Of a DNA stretch of 64,000 nucleotides, positions 59,801 to 64,000 are shown piece after piece. Numbering within the stretch: position 1 is the stretch's first letter; every line of letters starts with the position of its first letter. The DNA is from Eledone cirrhosa (lineage: Eukaryota). Where the stretch lies: contig CAXHJY010000264.1 in the NCBI GenBank assembly GCA_964016885.1, positions 186,001 to 250,000 on the forward strand, given 5' to 3'. A program made the translations under genes and the position numbers. The notes under the pieces were generated by a model. It had not been told where the DNA came from. It saw only the letters and a program-made list of their open reading frames with translations, and did not search any database.

Positions 59801-62800
59801 GTGGTGTAATGTGTTGTCGTGTAGTATGGTGTAGTGTGGTGTAATGTGGTGTAGTGTGGTGTAGTGTAGTGCAGCGTGGTGTAGTGTAGTGTGGTGTGGT
59901 GTGTGGTGTAGTGTAGTGTAGTGTAGTGTAGTGTAGTGTAGTGTAGTGTAGTGTGGTGTAGTGTAGTGTAGTGTGGTGTAGTGTAGTGTGGTGTGGTGTA
60001 TAGTAATGTGGTGTAGTGTGGTGTGGTGTAATGTGGTGTGGTGTTTGTGGTGTAGTGTAGTGCAGTGTAGTGTTGTGTGGTGTAGTGTAGTGTAGTGTGG
60101 TGTGGTGTACTGTAGTGTAGTGTGGTGTAGTGTGGTGTAGTGTGGTGTAGTGTGGTGTAGTGTTGTGTGGTGTAATGTGGTGTGGTGTGGTGTAGTGTAG
60201 TGTGGTGTAGTGTAGTGTAGTGTGGTGTAGCGTGGTGTAGTGTAGTGTATTGTTGTGTGGTTTAATGTAGTGTAGTGTGGTGTAGTGTGGTGAAGTGTGG
60301 TGTAGTGTGGTGTGGTGTAGAGTAGTGTGGTGTAGTGTGGTGTGGTAGAATGTGGTGTAGTGTTGTGTGTTGTAGTGTAGTGTGGTGTGGTGTAGTGTAG
60401 AGTAGTGTGGTGTAGTGTGGTGTGGTGTAATGTGGTGTAGTGTAGTGTGGTGTAGTGTGGAGTAGTGTGGTGTAATGTGGTGTGGTGTGGTGTAGTGTGG
60501 TGTAGTGTAGCGTGGTGTAGTGTAGCATGGTGTGGTGTGGTGTGTGGTGTAGTGTAGTGTAGTGTGGTGTAGTGTTGTGTGGTGTAGTGTAGAGTAGTGC
60601 GGTGTGGTGTGGTGTAGTGAAGTGTGGTGTAGTGTAGTGTAGTGTATTGTAGCGTGGTGTAGTGTAGTGTAGTGTGGTGTAGTGTTGTGTGGTGTGGTGA
60701 AGTGTAGAGTAGTGCGGTGTGGTGTGGTGTAGTGTAATGTGGTGTAGTGTAGTGTAGTGTGGCGTATTGTAGCGTGGTGTAGTGTAGTGTAGTGTGGTGT
60801 GGTGCAGTGTAATGTAGTGTGGTGTAGTGTAGTGTAGTGTAGTGTAGTGTAGTGTAGTGTAGTGTAGTGTAGTGTGGTGTAGTGTAGTGTAGTGTAGTGT
60901 AGTGTCGTATAGAGTAGTGTAGTGTGGTGTAGTGTTGTGTGGTGTGTGTATTGTAGAGTAGTGCGGTGTAGTGTAGCGTGGTGTAGTGTAGTGTAGTGTA
61001 GTGTAGTGTAGTGTAGTCTGGTGTAGCGTAGAGTAGTGTGGTGTAGTGTAGTGTAATGTGGTGTGGTGTGGTGTAGTCTAGTGTGGTGTAGTGTAGCGTG
61101 GCGTAGTGTAGCGTGGTGTAGTGTGGTGTGGTGTAATGTAGTGTGGTGTAGTGTGGTGTGGTGTAATGTAGTGTGGTGTAGAGTAGTGTGGTGTAGTGTT
61201 GGTGTGGTATAATGTGGTGTTGTGTAGTGTAGTGTGGTGTAGTGTAGATTAGTGTGGTGTAGAGTGGTGTGGTGTAATGTGGTGTAGTGTAGTGTGGTGC
61301 AGTGTTGTGTGGTGTAGAGTAGTGTGGTGTGGTATAGTGTAGTGTGGTGTAGTGTAGCGTGGTGTAGTGTAGTGTAGTGTGGTGTGGTGTAATATAGTGT
61401 AGTGTTGTGTAGTATGGTGTGGTGTAGAGTAGTGTGTTGTAGTGTGGTGTGGTATAATGTGGTGTAGTGTAGTGTGGTGTAGTGTAGAGTAGTGTGGTGT
61501 AATGTGGTGTGGTGTAATGTGGTGTAGTGTAGTGTGGTGTAGTGTAGAGTAGTGTGGTGTAGTGTGGTATGGTATAGTGTAGTGTGGTGTAGTGTAGAGT
61601 GGTGTAGTGTGGTGTAGTGTAGTGTGGTGTAGTGTTGTGTGGTGCAGTGTAGAGTAGAGTGGTGTAGTGTGGTGTGGTATAGTGTAGTGTGGTGTAGTGT
61701 AGTGTGGTGTAGTGTAGTGTAGTGTGGTGTAGTGTAGTGTGGTGTAGTGTGGTGTGGTATAACGTGCTGTATTGTAGTGTAGTGTAGTGTAGAGTAGTGT
61801 AGTGTGGTGTGGTGTGGTGTAATGTGGCGTAGTGTAGTGTGGTGTAGTGTGGTATGGTATAGTGTAGTGGGGTGTAGTGTAGTGTGGTGTAGTGTAGTGT
61901 GGTGTAGTGTAGTGTGGTGTAGTGAAGAGTAGTGTGGTGTAGTGTGGTGTGGTGTAGTGTAGCGTGGTGTAGTGTGGTGTGGTGTAGTGTAGAGTAGTGT
62001 GGCGTAGTGTGGTATGGTATAGTGTAGTGTGGTGTAGTGTGGTATGGTATAGTGTAGTGTGGTGTAGTGTAGTGTGGTGTAGTGTAGTGTGGTGTAGTGT
62101 AGTGTGGTGTGGTGTAGTGAAGAGTAGTGTGGTGTAGTGTGGTGTGGTGTGGTGTAGTGTAGCGTGGTGTAGTGTGGTGTGGTGTAGTGTAGAGTTGTGT
62201 GGTGTGGTGTAGTGTAGAGTAGTGCGGTGTGGTGTGGTGTAGTGAAGTGTGGTGTAGTGTAGTGTAGTGTGGTGTATTGTAGCGTGGTGTAGTGTAGTGT
62301 AGTGTGGTGTGGTGCAGTGTAATGTAGTGTGGCGTGGTGTGGTGTGGTGTGGTGTAGTGTAGTGTAGTGTAGTGTAGTGTAGTGTAGTGTAGTGTAGTGT
62401 AGTGTAGTGTAGTGTAGTGTAGTGTAGTGTAGTGTAGTGTAGTGTAGTGTAGTGTAGTGTAGTGTAGTGTAGTGTAGTGTAGTGTAGTGTAGTGTAGTGT
62501 AGTGTAGTGTAGTGTAGTGTAGTGTAGTGTGGTGTGGTGTAGTGTAGTGTGGTGTGGTGTGGTGTAGTGTAGTGTAGTGTGTTGTGGTGTAGTGTAGAGT
62601 AGTGTGGTGTAGTGTGGTGTAATGTGGTGTGGTGTGGTGTAGTGTGGTGTAGTGTAGTGTAGTGTAGTGTAGTGTAGTGTAGTGTAGTGTAGTGTAGTGT
62701 AGTGTAGTGTAGTGTAGTGTAGTGTAGTGTAGTGTAGTGTAGTGTAGTGTAGTGTAGTGTGGTGTGGTGTAATGTAGTGTAGTGTGGTGTAGTGTGGTGT

Positions 62801-64000
62801 AGTGTAGTATGGTGTGGTGTAGAGTAGTGTGGTGTAGTGTAGTGTGGTGTGGTGTAATGTGGTGTAGTGTAGTGTGGTGTAGTGTGGAGTAGTGTGGTGT
62901 AATGTGGTGTGGTGTGGTGTAGTGTGGTGTAGTGCAGTGTAGCGTGGTGTGGTGTGGTGCGGTGTGTGGTGTAGTGTAGTGTAGTGTGGTGTAGTGTTTT
63001 GTGGTGTGGTGAAGTGTAGAGTAGTGCGGTGTGGTGTGGTGTAGTGTAATGTGGTGTAGTGTAGTGTAGTGTGGTGTATTGTAGCGTGGTGTGGTGTAGT
63101 GTAGTGTAGTGTGGTGTGGTGTGGTGTGGTGTGGTGTGGTGTGGTGTGGTGTGGTGTGGTGTGGTGTGGTGTGGTGTGGTGTGGTGTGGTGTGGTGTGGT
63201 GTGGTGTGGTGTGGTGTGGTGTGGTGTGGTGTGGTGTAGTGTAGTGTAGTGTAGTCTCGTATAGAGTAGTGTAGTGTGGTGTAGTGTTGTGTGGTGTGTA
63301 TATTGTAGAGTAGTGCGGTGTAGTGTAGCGTGGTGTAGTGTAGTGTAGTGTAGTGTAGTGTAGTGTAGTGTAGTGTAGTGTAGTGCAGTGTAGTGTAGTG
63401 TGGTGTAGTGTAGTGTAGTGTAGTGTATTGTGGTGTGGTGTGGTGTAGTGTAGTGTAGTTTGGTGTGGTGTAGTGTAGTGTAGTGTAGTATAGTGTAGTG
63501 TAGTCTTGTGTAGTGTAGTGTAGTGTAGTGTAGTGTAGTGTAGTGTACTGTAGTGTAGTGTAGTGTTGTGTGGTGTAGTGTAGTGTGGTGGGGTGTAGTG
63601 TGGTGTGGTGTAGTGTGGTGCAGTGTAGTGTAGTGTAGTGTAGTGTAGTGTAGTGTAGAGTGGTGTGGTGTAGTGTAGTGTAGTGTAGTGTAGTGTAGTG
63701 TGGTGTGGTGTAGTGAAGTGTAGTGTAGTGTGGTGTGGTGCAGTGTAGTGTAGTTTAGTGTAGTGTGGTGTAGTGTGTAGTGTAGTGTAGTGTAGTGTAG
63801 TGTAGTGTAGTGTAGTGTAGTGTAGTATAGTGTAGTGTGGTGTAGTGTAGGGTAGTGTGGTGTAGTGCAGCGTGATGTAGTGTAGTGTAGTGTAGTGTAG
63901 TGTAGTGTAGTGTAGTGTAATGTAGTGTAGTGTAGTGTAGTGTAGTGTAGTGTGGTGTAGTGTAGAGTAGTGTGGTGTAGTGCAGCGTGATGTAGTGTAG
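44900..64000. repeat. Distal higher-order repeat layer, ~4.35-4.4-kb unit
   Basis: Marker CTCGTATAGAG at 46188, 50101, 54486, 58856 and 63256 (spacings 3913, 4385, 4370, 4400). Near-identical 88-aa pseudo-ORFs start at 47900, 51803, 56153 and 60528. Confidence 0.92.
56881..56990. other. 110-bp opposite-polarity (CATTA)n-rich patch replacing a same-length satellite segment
   Basis: The flanks GGTGTAATGT and AATATAGTGT are exactly 110 bp apart here and in the sister HOR copies (52541-52650, 61281-61390). Confidence 0.9.

Larger units (their letters stand above)
13593..64000. repeat. Giant pentanucleotide satellite (GTGTA/GTGTG)n, >50 kb, continuing past window end
   Basis: About 10,000 pentamers; the plus strand is almost devoid of C; recurrent variants include GAGTA, GCGTG, ATGTG and GTGAA. 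Confidence 0.99.

Noticed and set aside
13346-60528. Long His/Thr/Tyr/Leu/Pro-rich minus-strand ORFs, including 2089 aa at 50620..56889, as a metal-binding or structural protein gene
   Set aside because: (CACTA/CACCA)n has no stop codon in any frame, so long ORFs are expected. The 2089-aa frame only has to miss about seven stop-capable variants, and its start lies in the anomalous 110-bp patch. There is no signal peptide, unique domain or splice evidence, and run-length changes of 5 bp shift frames freely. Only RNA or proteomic data could revive this.
13593-64000. CACTA (EnSpm) transposon termini or a canonical telomere
   Set aside because: CACTA is simply the reverse complement of the pentamer, with no TIR pair or transposase; there is no (TTAGGG)n or (TTAGG)n tract.

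Overview
Eukaryotic, gene-free, repeat-dominated window. The SINE, Helitron and microsatellite style suggests an octopus or other cephalopod (inference). The first 12 kb is a stack of mobile elements: (i) the 5' part of an R4/Dong-type non-LTR retrotransposon whose minus-strand ORF is open for about 580 codons and runs off the window start; (ii) a non-autonomous Helitron-like element with three internal ~92-bp repeats; (iii) a second, 5'-truncated R4/Dong element (RT, CCHC, RLE nuclease) bracketed by (ATGT)n; (iv) a frameshifted RTE-clade LINE (APE, RT, three C2H2-type fingers) whose 3' UTR appears split by a microsatellite block and a TTAA-flanked MITE; (v) a ~600-bp non-autonomous RTE derivative with a partial HDV-like ribozyme fold; (vi) a tRNA-derived SINE head. 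A ~1.3-kb 24-bp TAGGG-rich minisatellite follows and joins directly to a >50-kb two-letter pentamer satellite, (GTGTA/GTGTG)n. That satellite has layered higher-order repeats (~0.65-0.78 kb, then a ~15.2-15.3-kb duplication, then ~4.4 kb) and one 110-bp opposite-polarity patch. No host protein-coding gene is supported; the long His/Thr/Tyr ORFs are a by-product of the pentamer.
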